DNA from: Eledone cirrhosa
Lineage: Eukaryota
Length of the DNA: 64,000 bases
Assembly: GCA_964016885.1 (NCBI GenBank)
Contig: OZ024756.1
Span: forward strand, 43,276,001 to 43,340,000
Reading direction: 5' to 3'
Shown here: positions 47,101 through 63,500 of the stretch, one piece after another
Numbering within the stretch: the first letter of the stretch is position 1
How the letters are laid out: each line of letters starts with the position of its first letter
Made by a program: the position numbers and the translations under genes
Notes under the pieces: generated by a model
What the model saw: the letters and a program-made list of their open reading frames with translations, nothing else
Told to the model about the DNA's origin: nothing
Databases searched by the model: none

Positions 47101-50100
47101 CACACACAAGAGACAGACATTGGACACACACTAGAGACAGACATTGGACACACACTAGAGTCAGACATTGGATACACACTAGAGACAGACATTGGACACA
47201 CACTAGAGACAGACATTGAAGACACACACTAGATACAGACATTGGACACACACTAGAGACAGACATTGGACACACACTAGAGTCAGACATTGGATACACA
47301 CTAGAGACAGACATTGGAGACACACTAGAGACAGACATTGAAGACACACACTAGATACAGACATTGGACACACACTAGAGACAGACATTGGCCACACACT
47401 AGAGACACACATTGGACACACACTAGAGACAGATATTGGACACACACTAGAGACAGACATTGGACACACACACAAGAGACAGACATTGGACACACACTAG
47501 AGACAGACATTGGAGACACATACTAGAGACAGACATTGGACACGCACTAGAGAGAGAAATTGGAGACACACTAGAGAGAGACATTGCACACACACAAGAG
47601 CACAGACATTGGACACCCACTATAGACAGACATTGGACACACACTAGAGACAGACATTGGACACACACTAGAGACAGACATTGGACACACACTAGAGACA
47701 GATATTGGACACACACTAGAGACAGACATTGGACACACACACAAGAGACAGACATTGGACACCCACTAGAGACAGACATTGGAGACACACACTAGAGATA
47801 GTCATTGGACACACACTAGAGATAGATATTGTATACATTAGAGACAGACATTGGACACACACTAGAGACAAACATTGGACACACTAGAGACAGTCATTGG
47901 ACACACACTAGAGACAGACATTGGACACACACTAGAGACAGACATTGGAAACACACTAGAGACAGACATTGGACACACACTAGAGACAGACATTGGACAC
48001 ACACTAGAGACAGACATTGGAGACACACACTAGATACGGACATTGGACACACACTAGAGACAGACATTGGACACACACTAGAGACAGACATTGGACACAC
48101 ACTAGAGACAGACGTTGGACACACACTAGAGACAGACATTGGAGACACACACTAGATACAGACATTGGACACACACTAGAGACAGACATTGGACACACAC
48201 TAGATACAGACATTGGACACACACACAAGAGACAGACATTGGACACCCACTAGAGACAGACATTGGACACACACTAGAGATAGACATTGGACACACACTA
48301 GAGACAGACATTGGACACACACTAGAGACAGACATTGGAGACACACACTAGAGACAGACATTGGACACACACTAGAGACAGACATTGGACACACACTAGA
48401 TACAGACATTGGACACGCACTAGAGAGAGAAATTGGAGACACACTAGAGAGAGATATTGCACACACACAAGAGCACAGACATTGGACACCCACTAGAGAC
48501 AGACATTGGACACACACTAGAGACAGACATTGGAGACACACACTAGAGACAGACATTGGACACACACTAGAGACAGACATTGGACACACACTAGATACAG
48601 ACATTGGACACACACACTATAGACAGATATTGGACACACACTAGAGACAGACATTGGACACACACTAGAGACAGACATTGGAGACACACACTAGATACAG
48701 ACATTGTACACACACTAGAGATAGACATGGGACACACACTAGAGACAGACATTGGACACACACTAGAGACAGACATTGGACACACACTAGAGAGACAGAC
48801 ATTGGACACACACTAGAGACAGACATTGGACACACACTAGAGACAGACATTGGACACACACTAGAGACAGACATTGGACACACACTAGATACAGACATTG
48901 GACACACACTAGAGATAGACATTGGACACACACTAGAGATAGACATTGGACACACACACTAGACAGACATTGGACACACACTAGAGACAGATATTGGAAA
49001 CACACTAGAGACAGACTTGTACACACACACTAGAGACAGGCATTGGACACACACTAGAGACAGACATTGGACACACACTAGAGACAGACATTGGACACAC
49101 ACTAGAGACAGACATTGGAGACACACACTAGATACAGACATTGGACACACACTAGAGACAGACATTGGACACAGACACTAGATACAGACATTGGACACAC
49201 ACTAGAGATAGACATTGGACACACACTAGAGACAGACATTGGATACACACTAGAGATAGACATTGGACACACACTAGAGACAGACATTGGACACACGCTA
49301 GAGATAGACATTGGACACACACTAGAGACAGACATTGGAGACACACAGTAGAGACAGATATTTGACACACACTAGAGATAGACATTGGACACACACTAGA
49401 GACAGACATTGGAGAAACACACTAGATACAGACATTGTACACACACTAGAGATAGACATTGGACACACACTAGAGACAGACATTGGACACTCACTAGAGA
49501 CAGACATTGGACACACACTAGAGAGACAGACATTGGACACACACTAGAGACAGACATTGGACACACACTAGAGACAGATATTGGACACACACTAGAGACA
49601 GACATTGGACACACACACAAGAGACAGACATTGGACACACACTAGAGACAGACATTGGAGACACACACTAGAGACAGACATTGGACACGCACTAGAGAGA
49701 GAAATTGGAGACACACTAGAGAGAGACATTGCACACACACAAGAGCACAGACATTGGACACCCACTAGAGACAGACATTGGACACACACTAGAGACAGAC
49801 ATTGGACACACACTAGAGACAGACATTGGACACACACTAGAGACATATATTGGACACACACTAGAGACAGACATTGGACACACACACAAGAGACAGACAT
49901 TGGACACCCACTAGAGACAGACATTGGAGGCACACACTAGAGACAGTCATTGGACACACACTAGAGATAGATATTGTATACATTAGAGACAGACATTGGA
50001 CACACACTAGAGACAGACATTGGACACATACTAAATACAGACATTGGACACACACTAGAGACAGACATTGGACACACACACTAGACAGACATTGGACACA

Positions 50101-50710
50101 CACTAGAGACAGACGTTGGAAACACACTAGAGACAGACGTTGGATACACACACTAGAGACAGACATTGGACACACACTAGAGACAGACATTGGACACACA
50201 CACTAGACAGACATTGAACACACACTAGAGACAGATATTGGAAACACACTAGAGACAGACTTGGACACACACACTAGAGACAGGCATTGGACACACACTA
50301 GAGACAGACATTGGACACACACTAGAGACAGACATTGGACACACACTAGAGACAGACATTGGAGACACACACTAGATACAAACATTGGACACACACTAGA
50401 GACAGACATTGGACACACACACTAGATACAGACATTGGACACACACTAGAGATAGACATTGGACACACACTAGAGACAGACATTGGACACACACTAGAGA
50501 TAGACATTGGACACACACTAGAGACAGACATTGGACACACACTAGAGACAGACATTGGAGACACACACTAGAGACAGACATTGGACACACACTAGAGACA
50601 GACATTGGACACACACTAGATACAGACATTGGACACGCACTAGAGAGAGAAATTGGAGACACACTAGAGAGAGATATTGCACACACACAAGAGCACAGAC
50701 ATTGGACACC
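38150..50710. repeat. Tandem block duplication / incipient higher-order repeat, 6240-bp unit x 2; related partial copies at ~31490-34900 and ~50640-54440
   Basis: ORF pairs 38281/44521 through 44156/50396 are all offset by 6240. Private variants AGAGAAACAT (39701/45941) and AGACATATAT (43601/49841) are shared. Partial copies sit at offsets 6913 (32369/39282, 33610/40523) and 6266 (45032/51298, 47829/54095). Confidence 0.95.
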
Positions 50711-53700
50711 CACTAGAGACAGCCATTGGACACACACTAGAGACAGACATTGGAGACACACACTAGAGACAGACATTGGACACACACTAGAGACAGACAT
50801 TGGACACACACTAGATACAGACATTGGACACACACACTATAGACAGATATTGGACACACACTAGAGACAGACATTGGACACACACTAGAGACAGACATTG
50901 GAGACACACACTAGATACAGACATTGTACACACACTAGAGATAGACATGGGACACACACTAGAGACAGACATTGGACACACACTAGAGACAGACATTGGA
51001 CACACACTAGAGAGACAGACATTGGACACACACTAGAGACAGACATTGGACACACACTAGAGACAGACATTGGACACACACTAGAGACAGACATTGGACA
51101 CACACTAGAGATAGACATTGGACACACACTAGAAATAGACATTGGACACACACACTAGACAGACATTGGACACACACTAGAGACAGATATTGGAAACACA
51201 CTAGAGACAGACTTGTACACACACACTAGAGACAGGCATTGGACACACACTAGAGACAGACATTGGACACACACTAGAGACAGACATTGGACACACACTA
51301 GAGACAGACATTGGAGACACACACTAGATACAGACATTGGACACACACTAGAGACAGACATTGGACACAGACACTAGATACAGACATTGGACACACACTA
51401 GAGATAGACATTGGACACACACTAGAGACAGACATTGGATACACACTAGAGATAGACATTGGACACACACTAGAGACAGACATTGGACACACGCTAGAGA
51501 TAGACATTGGACACACACTAGAGACAGACATTGGAGACACACAGTAGAGACAGATATTTGACACACACTAGAGATAGACATTGGACACACACTAGAGACA
51601 GACATTGGAGACACACACTAGATACAGACATTGTACACACACTAGAGATAGACATTGGACACACACTAGAGACAGACATTGGACACTCACTAGAGACAGA
51701 CATTGGACACACACTAGAGAGACAGACATTGGACACACACTAGAGACAGACATTGGACACACACTAGAGACAGATATTGGACACACACTAGAGACAGACA
51801 TTGGACACACACACAAGAGACAGACATTGGACACACACTAGAGACAGACATTGGAGACACACACTAGAGACAGACATTGGACACGCACTAGAGAGAGAAA
51901 TTGGAGACACACTAGAGAGAGACATTGCACACACACAAGAGCACAGACATTGGACACCCACTAGAGACAGACATTGGACACACACTAGAGACAGACATTG
52001 GACACACACTAGAGACAGACATTGGACACACACTAGAGACAGATATTGGACACACACTAGAGACAGACATTGGACACACACACAAGAGACAGACATTGGA
52101 CACCCACTAGAGACAGACATTGGAGGCACACACTAGAGACAGTCATTGGACACACACTAGAGATAGATATTGTATACATTAGAGACAGACATTGGACACA
52201 CACTAGAGACAAACATTGGACACACCAGAGACAGACATTGGACACACACTAGATACAGACATTGGACACACACTAGAGACAGACATTGGACACACACACT
52301 AGAGACAGACATTGGACACACACTAGAGACAGACATTGGACACACACTAGATACAGACATTGGACACACACTAGAGATAGACATTGGACACACACTAGAG
52401 ACAGACATTGGATACACACACTAGAGACAGACATTGGACACACACTAGAGACAGACATTGGAGACACACACTAGATACAGACATTGGACACACACTAGAG
52501 ACAGACATTGGACACACACTAGATACAGACATTGGACACACACTAGAGATAGACATTGGACACACACTAGAGACAGACATTGGACACACACTAGAGACAG
52601 ACATTGGACACACACACTAGACAGACATTGGACACACACTAGAGACAGATATTGGAAACACACTAGAGACAGACTTGGACACACACACTAGAGACAGGCA
52701 TTGGACACACACTAGAGACAGACATTGGACACACACTAGAGACAGACATTGGACACACACTAGAGACAGACATTGGACACGCACTAGAGAGAGAAATTGG
52801 AGACACACTAGAGAGAGACATTGCACACACACAAGAGCACAGACATTGGACACCCACTAGAGACAGACATTGGACACACACTAGAGACAGACATTGGAGA
52901 CACACACTAGAGACAGACATTGGACACACACTAGAGACAGACATTGGACACACACTAGATACAGACATTGGACACACACACTATAGACAGATATTGGACA
53001 CACACTAGAGACAGACATTGGACACACACTAGAGACAGACATTGGAGACACACACTAGATACAGACATTGTACACACACTAGAGATAGACATGGGACACA
53101 CACTAGAGACAGACATTGGACACACACTAGAGACAGACATTGGACACACACTAGAGAGACAGACATTGGACACACACTAGAGACAGACATTGGACACACA
53201 CTAGAGACAGACATTGGACAGACACTAGAGAGAGAAATTGGACACACACTAGAGAGAGACATTGCACACACACTAGAGTCAGACATTGGATACACACTAG
53301 AGACAGACATTGGACACACACTAGAGACAGACATTGGACACACACACTAGATACAGACATTGGACACACACACAAGAGACAGACATTGGACACACACTAG
53401 AGACAGACATTGGACACACACTAGAGTCAGACATTGGATACACACTAGAGACAGACATTGGACACACACTAGAGACAGACATTGAAGACACACACTAGAT
53501 ACAGACATTGGACACACACTAGAGACAGACATTGGACACACACTAGAGTCAGACATTGGATACACACTAGAGACAGACATTGGAGACACACTAGAGACAG
53601 ACATTGAAGACACACACTAGATACAGACATTAGACACACACTAGAGACAGACATTGGCCACACACTAGAGACACACATTGGACACACACTAGAGACAGAT

Positions 53701-54069
53701 ATTGGACACACACTAGAGACAGACATTGGACACACACACAAGAGACAGACATTGGACACACACTAGAGACAGACATTGGAGACACACACTAGAGACAGAC
53801 ATTGGACACGCACTAGAGAGAGAAATTGGAGACACACTAGAGAGAGACATTGCACACACACAAGAGCACAGACATTGGACACCCACTATAGACAGACATT
53901 GGACACACACTAGAGACAGACATTGGACACACACTAGAGACAGACATTGGACACACACTAGAGACAGATATTGGACACACACTAGAGACAGACATTGGAC
54001 ACACACACAAGAGACAGACATTGGACACCCACTAGAGACAGACATTGGAGACACACACTAGAGATAGTC

Positions 54070-57000
54070 ATTGGACACACACTAGAGATAGATATTGTAT
54101 ACATTAGAGACAGACATTGGACACACACTAGAGACAAACATTGGACACACTAGAGACAGTCATTGGACACACACTAGAGACAGACATTGGACACACACTA
54201 GAGACAGACATTGGAAACACACTAGAGACAGACATTGGACACACACTAGAGACAGACATTGGACACACACTAGAGACAGACATTGGAGACACACACTAGA
54301 TACGGACATTGGACACACACTAGAGACAGACATTGGACACACACTAGAGACAGACATTGGACACACACTAGAGACAGACGTTGGACACACACTAGAGACA
54401 GACATTGGAGACACACACTAGATACAGACATTGGACACACACTAGAAGACAGACATTGGACACACACTAGATACAGACATTGGATACACACTAGAGATAG
54501 ACATTGGACACACACTAGAGACAGACATTGGACACATACTAAATACAGACATTGGACACACACTAGAGACAGACATTGGACACACACACTAGACAGACAT
54601 TGGACACACACTAGAGACAGACGTTGGAAACACACTAGAGACAGACGTTGGATACACACACTAGAGACAGACATTGGACACACACTAGAGACAGACATTG
54701 GACACACACACTAGACAGACATTGAACACACACTAGAGACAGATATTGGAAACACACTAGAGACAGACTTGGACACACACACTAGAGACAGGCATTGGAC
54801 ACACACTAGAGACAGACATTGGACACACACTAGAGACAGACATTGGACACACACTAGAGACAGACATTGGAGACACACACTAGATACAAACATTGGACAC
54901 ACACTAGAGACAGACATTGGACACACACACTAGATACAGACATTGGACACACACTAGAGATAGACATTGGACACACACTAGAGACAGACATTGGACACAC
55001 ACTAGAGATAGACATTGGACACACACTAGAGACAGACATTGGACACACACTAGAGACAGACATTGGAGACACACACTAGAGACAGACATTGGACACACAC
55101 TAGAGACAGACATTGGACACACACTAGATACAGACATTGGACACACACTAGAGACAGACATTGGACACACACTAGATACAGACATTGGACACACACTAGA
55201 GATAGACATTGGACACACACTAGAGACAGACATTGGACACACACTAGATACAGACATTGGACACACACTAGAGACAGACATTGGACACACACACTAGACA
55301 GACATTGGACACACACTAGAGACAGATATTGGACACACACTAGAGACAGACATTGGACACACACTAGAGAGAGAAATTGGACACACACTAGAGAGAGACA
55401 TTGCACACACACTAGAGTCAGACATTGGATACACACTAGAGACAGACATTGGACACACACTAGAGACAGACATTGGAGACACACACTAGATACAGACATT
55501 GGACACACACTAGAGACAGACATTGGACACACACTAGAGACAGACATTGGACACACACTAGAGTCAGACATTGGATACACACTAGAGACAGACATTGGAC
55601 ACGCACTAGAGAGAGAAATTGGACACACACTAGAGAGAGACATTGCACACACACAAGAGCACAGACATTGGACACCCACTAGAGACAGACATTGGACACA
55701 CACTAGAGACAGACATTGGACACACACTAGAGACAGACATTGGACACACACTAGAGACAGATATTGGACACACACTAGAGACAGACATTGGACACACACA
55801 CAAGAGACAGACATTGGACACCCACTAGAGACAGACATTGGAGACACACACTAGAGACAGTCATTGGACAGACACTAGAGATAGATATTGTATACATTAG
55901 AGACAGACATTGGACACACACTAGAGACAAACATTGGACACACTAGAGACAGTCATTGGACACACACTAGAGACAGACATTGGACACACACTAGAGACAG
56001 ACATTGGAAACACACTAGAGACAGACATTGGACACACACTAGAGACAGACATTGGACACACATTAGAGACAGACATTGGAGACACACACTAGATACGGAC
56101 ATTGGACACACACTAGAGACAGACATTGGACACACACTAGAGACAGACATTGGACACACACTAGAGACAGACATTGGACACACACTAGAGACAGACATTG
56201 GAGACACACACTAGATACAGACATTGGACACACACTAGAGACAGACATTGGACACACACTAGATACAGACATTGGACACACACTAGAGATAGACATTGGA
56301 CACACACTAGAGACAGACATTGGACACATACTAAATACAGACATTGGACACACACTAGAGACAGACATTGGACACACACACTAGACAGACATTGGACACA
56401 CACTAGAGACAGACGTTGGAAACACACTAGAGACAGACATTGGATACACACACTAGAGACAGACATTGGACACACACTAGAGACACATTGGAGACACACA
56501 CTAGATACAGATATTGGACACACACTAGAGACAGACATTGGACACACACTAGATACAGACATTGGACACACACTAGAGATAGACATTGGACACACACCAG
56601 AGACAGACATTGGACACACACTAGATACAGACATTGGACACACACTAGAGACAGACATTGGACACACACACTAGAGACAGACATTGGACACACACTAGAG
56701 ACAGACGTTGGAAACACACTAGAGACAGACGTTGGATACACACACTAGAGACAGACATTGGACACACACTAGAGACAGACATTGGAGACACACACTAGAT
56801 ACAGATATTGGACACACACTAGAGACAGACATTGGACACACACTAGATACAGACATTGGACACACACTAGAGATAGACATTGGACACACACTAGAGACAG
56901 ACATTGGACACACACACTAGACAGACATTGGACACACACTAGAGACAGATATTGGAAAACACTAGAGACAGACTTGCACACACACACTAGAGATAGACAT

Positions 57001-60000
57001 TGGACACACACTAGAGACAGACATTGGAGACACACAGTAGAGACAGACATTGGACACACACTAGAGACAGACATTGGACACACACTAGATACAGACATTG
57101 GACACACACACTACAGACAGATATTGGACACACACTAGAGACAGACATTGGACACACACTAGAGACAGAAATTGGAGACACACACTAGATACAGACATTG
57201 TACACACACTAGAGATAGACATTGGACACACACTAGGGACAGACATTGGACACTCACTAGAGACAGACATTGGTCACACACTAGAGAGACAGACATTGGA
57301 CACACACTAGAGACAGACATTGGACACGCACTAGAGAGAGAAATTGGACACACACTAGAGAGAGACATTGCACACACACAAGAGCACAGACATTGGACAC
57401 CCACTAGAGACAGACATTGGACACACACTAGAGACAGACATTGGACACACACTAGAGACAGACATTGGACACACACTAGAGACAGATATTGGACACACAC
57501 TAGAGACAGACATTGGACACACACTAGAGATAGACATTGGACACACACTAGAGACAGACATTGGACGCACGCTAGAGATAGACATTGGACACACACTAGA
57601 GACAGACCTTGGAGACACACAGTAGAGACAGATATTTGACACACACTAGAGATAGACATTGGACACACACTAGAGACAGACATTGGAGACACACACTAGA
57701 TACAGACATTGTACACACACTAGACATAGACATTGGACACACACTAGAGACAGACATTGGACACTCACTAGAGACAGACATTGGACACACACTAGAGAGA
57801 CAGACATTGGACACACACTAGAGACAGACATTGGACACACACTAGAGACAGATATTGGACACACACTAGAGACAGACATTGGACACACACACAAGAGACA
57901 GACATTGGACACACACTAGAGACAGACATTGGAGACACACACTAGAGACAGACATTGGACACGCACTAGAGAGAGAAATTGGAGACACACTAGAGAGAGA
58001 CATTGCACACACACAAGAGCACAGACATTGGACACCCACTAGAGACAGACATTGGACACACACTAGAGACAGACATTGGACACACACTAGAGACAGACAT
58101 TGGACACACACACAAGAGACAGACATTGGACACCCACTAGAGACAGACATTGGAGGCACACACTAGAGACAGTCATTGGACACACACTAGAGATAGATAT
58201 TGTATACATTAGAGACAGACATTGGACACACACTAGAGACAAACATTGGACACACCAGAGACAGACATTGGACACACACTAGATACAGACATTGGACACA
58301 CACTAGAGACAGACATTGGACACACACACTAGAGACAGACATTGGACACACACTAGAGACAGACATTGGACACACACTAGATACAGACATTGGACACACA
58401 CTAGAGATAGACATTGGACACACACTAGAGACAGACATTGGACACACACACTAGACAGACATTGGACACACACTAGAGACAGATATTGGAAACACACTAG
58501 AGACAGACTTGGACACACACACTAGAGACAGGCATTGGACACACACTAGAGACAGACATTGGACACACACTAGAGACAGACATTGGACACACACTAGAGA
58601 CAGACATTGGACACGCACTAGAGAGAGAAATTGGAGACACACTAGAGAGAGACATTGCACACACACAAGAGCACAGACATTGGACACCCACTAGAGACAG
58701 ACATTGGACACACACTAGAGACAGACATTGGAGACACACACTAGAGACAGACATTGGACACACACTAGAGACAGACATTGGACACACACTAGATACAGAC
58801 ATTGGACACACACACTATAGACAGATATTGGACACACACTAGAGACAGACATTGGACACACACTAGAGACAGACATTGGAGACACACACTAGATACAGAC
58901 ATTGTACACACACTAGAGATAGACATGGGACACACACTAGAGACAGACATTGGACACACACTAGAGACAGACATTGGACACACACTAGAGAGACAGACAT
59001 TGGACACACACTAGAGACAGACATTGGACACACACTAGAGACAGACATTGGACAGACACTAGAGAGAGAAATTGGACACACACTAGAGAGAGACATTGCA
59101 CACACACTAGAGTCAGACATTGGATACACACTAGAGACAGACATTGGACACACACTAGAGACAGACATTGGACACACACACTAGATACAGACATTGGACA
59201 CACACTAGAGACAGACATTGGACACACACTAGAGACAGACATTGGACACACACTAGAGTCAGACATTGGATACACACTAGAGACAGACATTGGACACACA
59301 CTAGAGACAGACATTGAAGACACACACTAGATACAGACATTGGACACACACTAGAGACAGACATTGGACACACACTAGAGTCAGACATTGGATACACACT
59401 AGAGACAGACATTGGAGACACACTAGAGACAGACATTGAAGACACACACTAGATACAGACATTGGACACACACTAGAGACAGACATTGGCCACACACTAG
59501 AGACACACATTGGACACACACTAGAGACAGATATTGGACACACACTAGAGACAGACATTGGACACACACACAAGAGACAGACATTGGACACACACTAGAG
59601 ACAGACATTGGAGACACACACTAGAGACAGACATTGGACACGCACTAGAGAGAGAAATTGGAGACACACTAGAGAGAGACATTGCACACACACAAGAGCA
59701 CAGACATTGGACACCCACTATAGACAGACATTGGACACACACTAGAGACAGACATTGGACACACACTAGAGACAGACATTGGACACACACTAGAGACAGA
59801 TATTGGACACACACTAGAGATAGTCATTGGACACACACTAGAGATAGTCATTGGACACACACTAGAGATAGATATTGTATACATTAGAGACAGACATTGG
59901 ACACACACTAGAGACAAACATTGGACACACTAGAGACAGTCATTGGACACACACTAGAGACAGACATTGGACACACACTAGAGTCAGACATTGGATACAC

Positions 60001-62450
60001 ACTAGAGACAGACATTGGAGACACACTAGAGACAGACATTGAAGACACACACTAGATACAGACATTGGACACACACTAGAGACAGACATTGGCCACACAC
60101 TAGAGACACACATTGGACACACACTAGAGACAGATATTGGACACACACTAGAGACAGACATTGGACACACACACAAGAGACAGACATTGGACACACACTA
60201 GAGACAGACATTGGAGACACACACTAGAGACAGACATTGGACACGCACTAGAGAGAGAAATTGGAGACACACTAGAGAGAGACATTGCACACACACAAGA
60301 GCACAGACATTGGACACCCACTATAGACAGACATTGGACACACACTAGAGACAGACATTGGACACACACTAGAGACAGACATTGGACACACACTAGAGAC
60401 AGATATTGGACACACACTAGAGATAGTCATTGGACACACACTAGAGATAGTCATTGGACACACACTAGAGATAGATATTGTATACATTAGAGACAGACAT
60501 TGGACACACACTAGAGACAAACATTGGACACACTAGAGACAGTCATTGGACACACACTAGAGACAGACATTGGACACACACTAGAGACAGACATTGGAAA
60601 CACACTAGAGACAGACATTGGACACACACTAGAGACAGACATTGGACACACACTAGAGACAGACATTGGAGACACACACTAGATACGGACATTGGACACA
60701 CACTAGAGACAGACATTGGACACAGACTAGAGACAGACATTGGACACACACTAGAGACAGACGTTGGACACACACTAGAGACAGACATTGGAGACACACA
60801 CTAGATACAGACATTGGACACACACTAGAGACAGACATTGGACACACACTAGATACAGACATTGGATACACACTAGAGATAGACATTGGACACACACTAG
60901 AGACAGACATTGGACACATACTAAATACAGACATTGGACACACACTAGAGACAGACATTGGACACACACACTAGACAGACATTGGACACACACTAGAGAC
61001 AGACGTTGGAAACACACTAGAGACAGACGTTGGATACACACACTAGAGACAGACATTGGACACACACTAGAGACAGACATTGGACAAACACACTAGACAG
61101 ACATTGAACACACACTAGAGACAGATATTGGAAACACACTAGAGACAGACTTGGACACACACACTAGAGACAGGCATTGGACACACACTAGAGACAGACA
61201 TTGGACACACACTAGAGACAGACATTGGACACACACTAGAGACAGACATTGGAGACACACACTAGATACAAACATTGGACACACACTAGAGACAGACATT
61301 GGACACACACACTAGATACAGACATTGGACACACACTAGAGATAGACATTGGACACACACTAGAGACAGACATTGGACACACACTAGAGATAGACATTGG
61401 ACACACACTAGAGACAGACATTGGACACACACTAGAGACAGACATTGGAGACACACACTAGAGACAGACATTGGACACACACTAGAGACAGACATTGGAA
61501 ACACACTAGATACAGACATTGGACACACACTAGAGACAGACATTGGACACACACTAGATACAGACATTGGACACACACTAGAGATAGACATTGGACACAC
61601 ACTAGAGACAGACATTGGACACACACTAGATACAGACATTGGACACACACTAGAGACAGACATTGGACACACACACTAGACAGACATTGGACACACACTA
61701 GAGACAGATATTGGACACACACTAGAGACAGACATTGGACACACACTAGAGACAGACATTGGACACACACTAGAGAGAGAAATTGGACACACACTAGAGA
61801 GAGACATTGCACACACACTAGAGTCAGACATTGGATACACACTAGAGACAGACATTGGACACACACTAGAGACAGACATTGGAGACACACACTAGATACA
61901 GACATTGGACACACACTAGAGACAGACATTGGACACACACTAGAGACAGACATTGGACACACACTAGAGTCAGACATTGGATACACACTAGAGACAGACA
62001 TTGGACACGCACTAGAGAGAGAAATTGGACACACACTAGAGAGAGACATTGCACACACACAAGAGCACAGACATTGGACACCCACTAGAGACAGACATTG
62101 GACACACACTAGAGACAGACATTGGACACACACTAGAGACAGACATTGGACACACACTAGAGACAGATATTGGACACACACTAGAGACAGACATTGGACA
62201 CACACACAAGAGACAGACATTGGACACCCACTAGAGACAGACATTGGAGACACACACTAGAGACAGTCATTGGACACACACTAGAGATAGATATTGTATA
62301 CATTAGAGACAGACATTGGACACACACTAGAGACAAACATTGGACACACTAGAGACAGTCATTGGACACACACTAGAGACAGACATTGGACACACACTAG
62401 AGACAGACATTGGAAACACACTAGAGACAGACATTGGACACACACTAGAG
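54070..62450. repeat. Block repeat, offset 6382-6406 bp (~54070-56040 vs ~60450-62450)
   Basis: ORF pairs 54095/60478 (6383), 54711/61093 and 54904/61286 (6382), 55460/61866 and 55888/62294 (6406). Confidence 0.85.
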
Positions 62451-63500
62451 ACAGACATTGGACACACACTAGATACAGACATTGGACACACACACTATAG
62501 ACAGATATTGGACACACACTAGAGACAGACATTGGACACACACTAGAGACAGACATTGGAGACACACACTAGATACAGACATTGTACACACACTAGAGAT
62601 AGACATGGGACACACACTAGAGACAGACATTGGACACACACTAGAGACAGACATTGGACACACACTAGAGAGACAGACATTGGACACACACTAGAGACAG
62701 ACATTGGACACACACTAGAGACAGACATTGGACAGACACTAGAGAGAGAAATTGGACACACACTAGAGAGAGACATTGCACACACACTAGAGTCAGACAT
62801 TGGATACACACTAGAGACAGACATTGGACACACACTAGAAACAGACATTGGACACACACACTAGATACAGACATTGGACACACACTAGAGACAGACATTG
62901 GACACACACTAGAGACAGACATTGGACACACACTAGAGTCAGACATTGGATACACACTAGAGACAGACATTGGACACACACTAGAGACAGACATTGAAGA
63001 CACACACTAGATACAGACATTGGACACACACTAGAGACAGACATTGGACACACACTAGAGTCAGACATTGGATACACACTAGAGACAGACATTGGAGACA
63101 CACTAGAGACAGACATTGAAGACACACACTAGATACAGACATTGGACACACACTAGAGACAGACATTGGCCACACACTAGAGACACACATTGGACACACA
63201 CTAGAGACAGATATTGGACACACACTAGAGACAGACATTGGACACACACACAAGAGACAGACATTGGACACACACTAGAGACAGACATTGGAGACACACA
63301 CTAGAGACAGACATTGGACACGCACTAGAGAGAGAAATTGGAGACACACTAGAGAGAGACATTGCACACACACAAGAGCACAGACATTGGACACCCACTA
63401 TAGACAGACATTGGACACACACTAGAGACAGACATTGGACACACACTAGAGACAGACATTGGACACACACTAGAGACAGATATTGGACACACACTAGAGA
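58770..63500. repeat. Block repeat, offset 3680 bp (~58770-59815 vs ~62450-63495)
   Basis: ORF pairs 58789/62469, 58985/62665, 59301/62981 and 59545/63225 are all offset by 3680. Confidence 0.82.
59340..60575. repeat. Tandem block duplication, 603-bp unit x 2
   Basis: ORF pairs 59423/60026, 59545/60148 and 59669/60272 are offset by 603. The doubled GAGATAGTCATTGG monomers are present in both copies. Confidence 0.9.
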
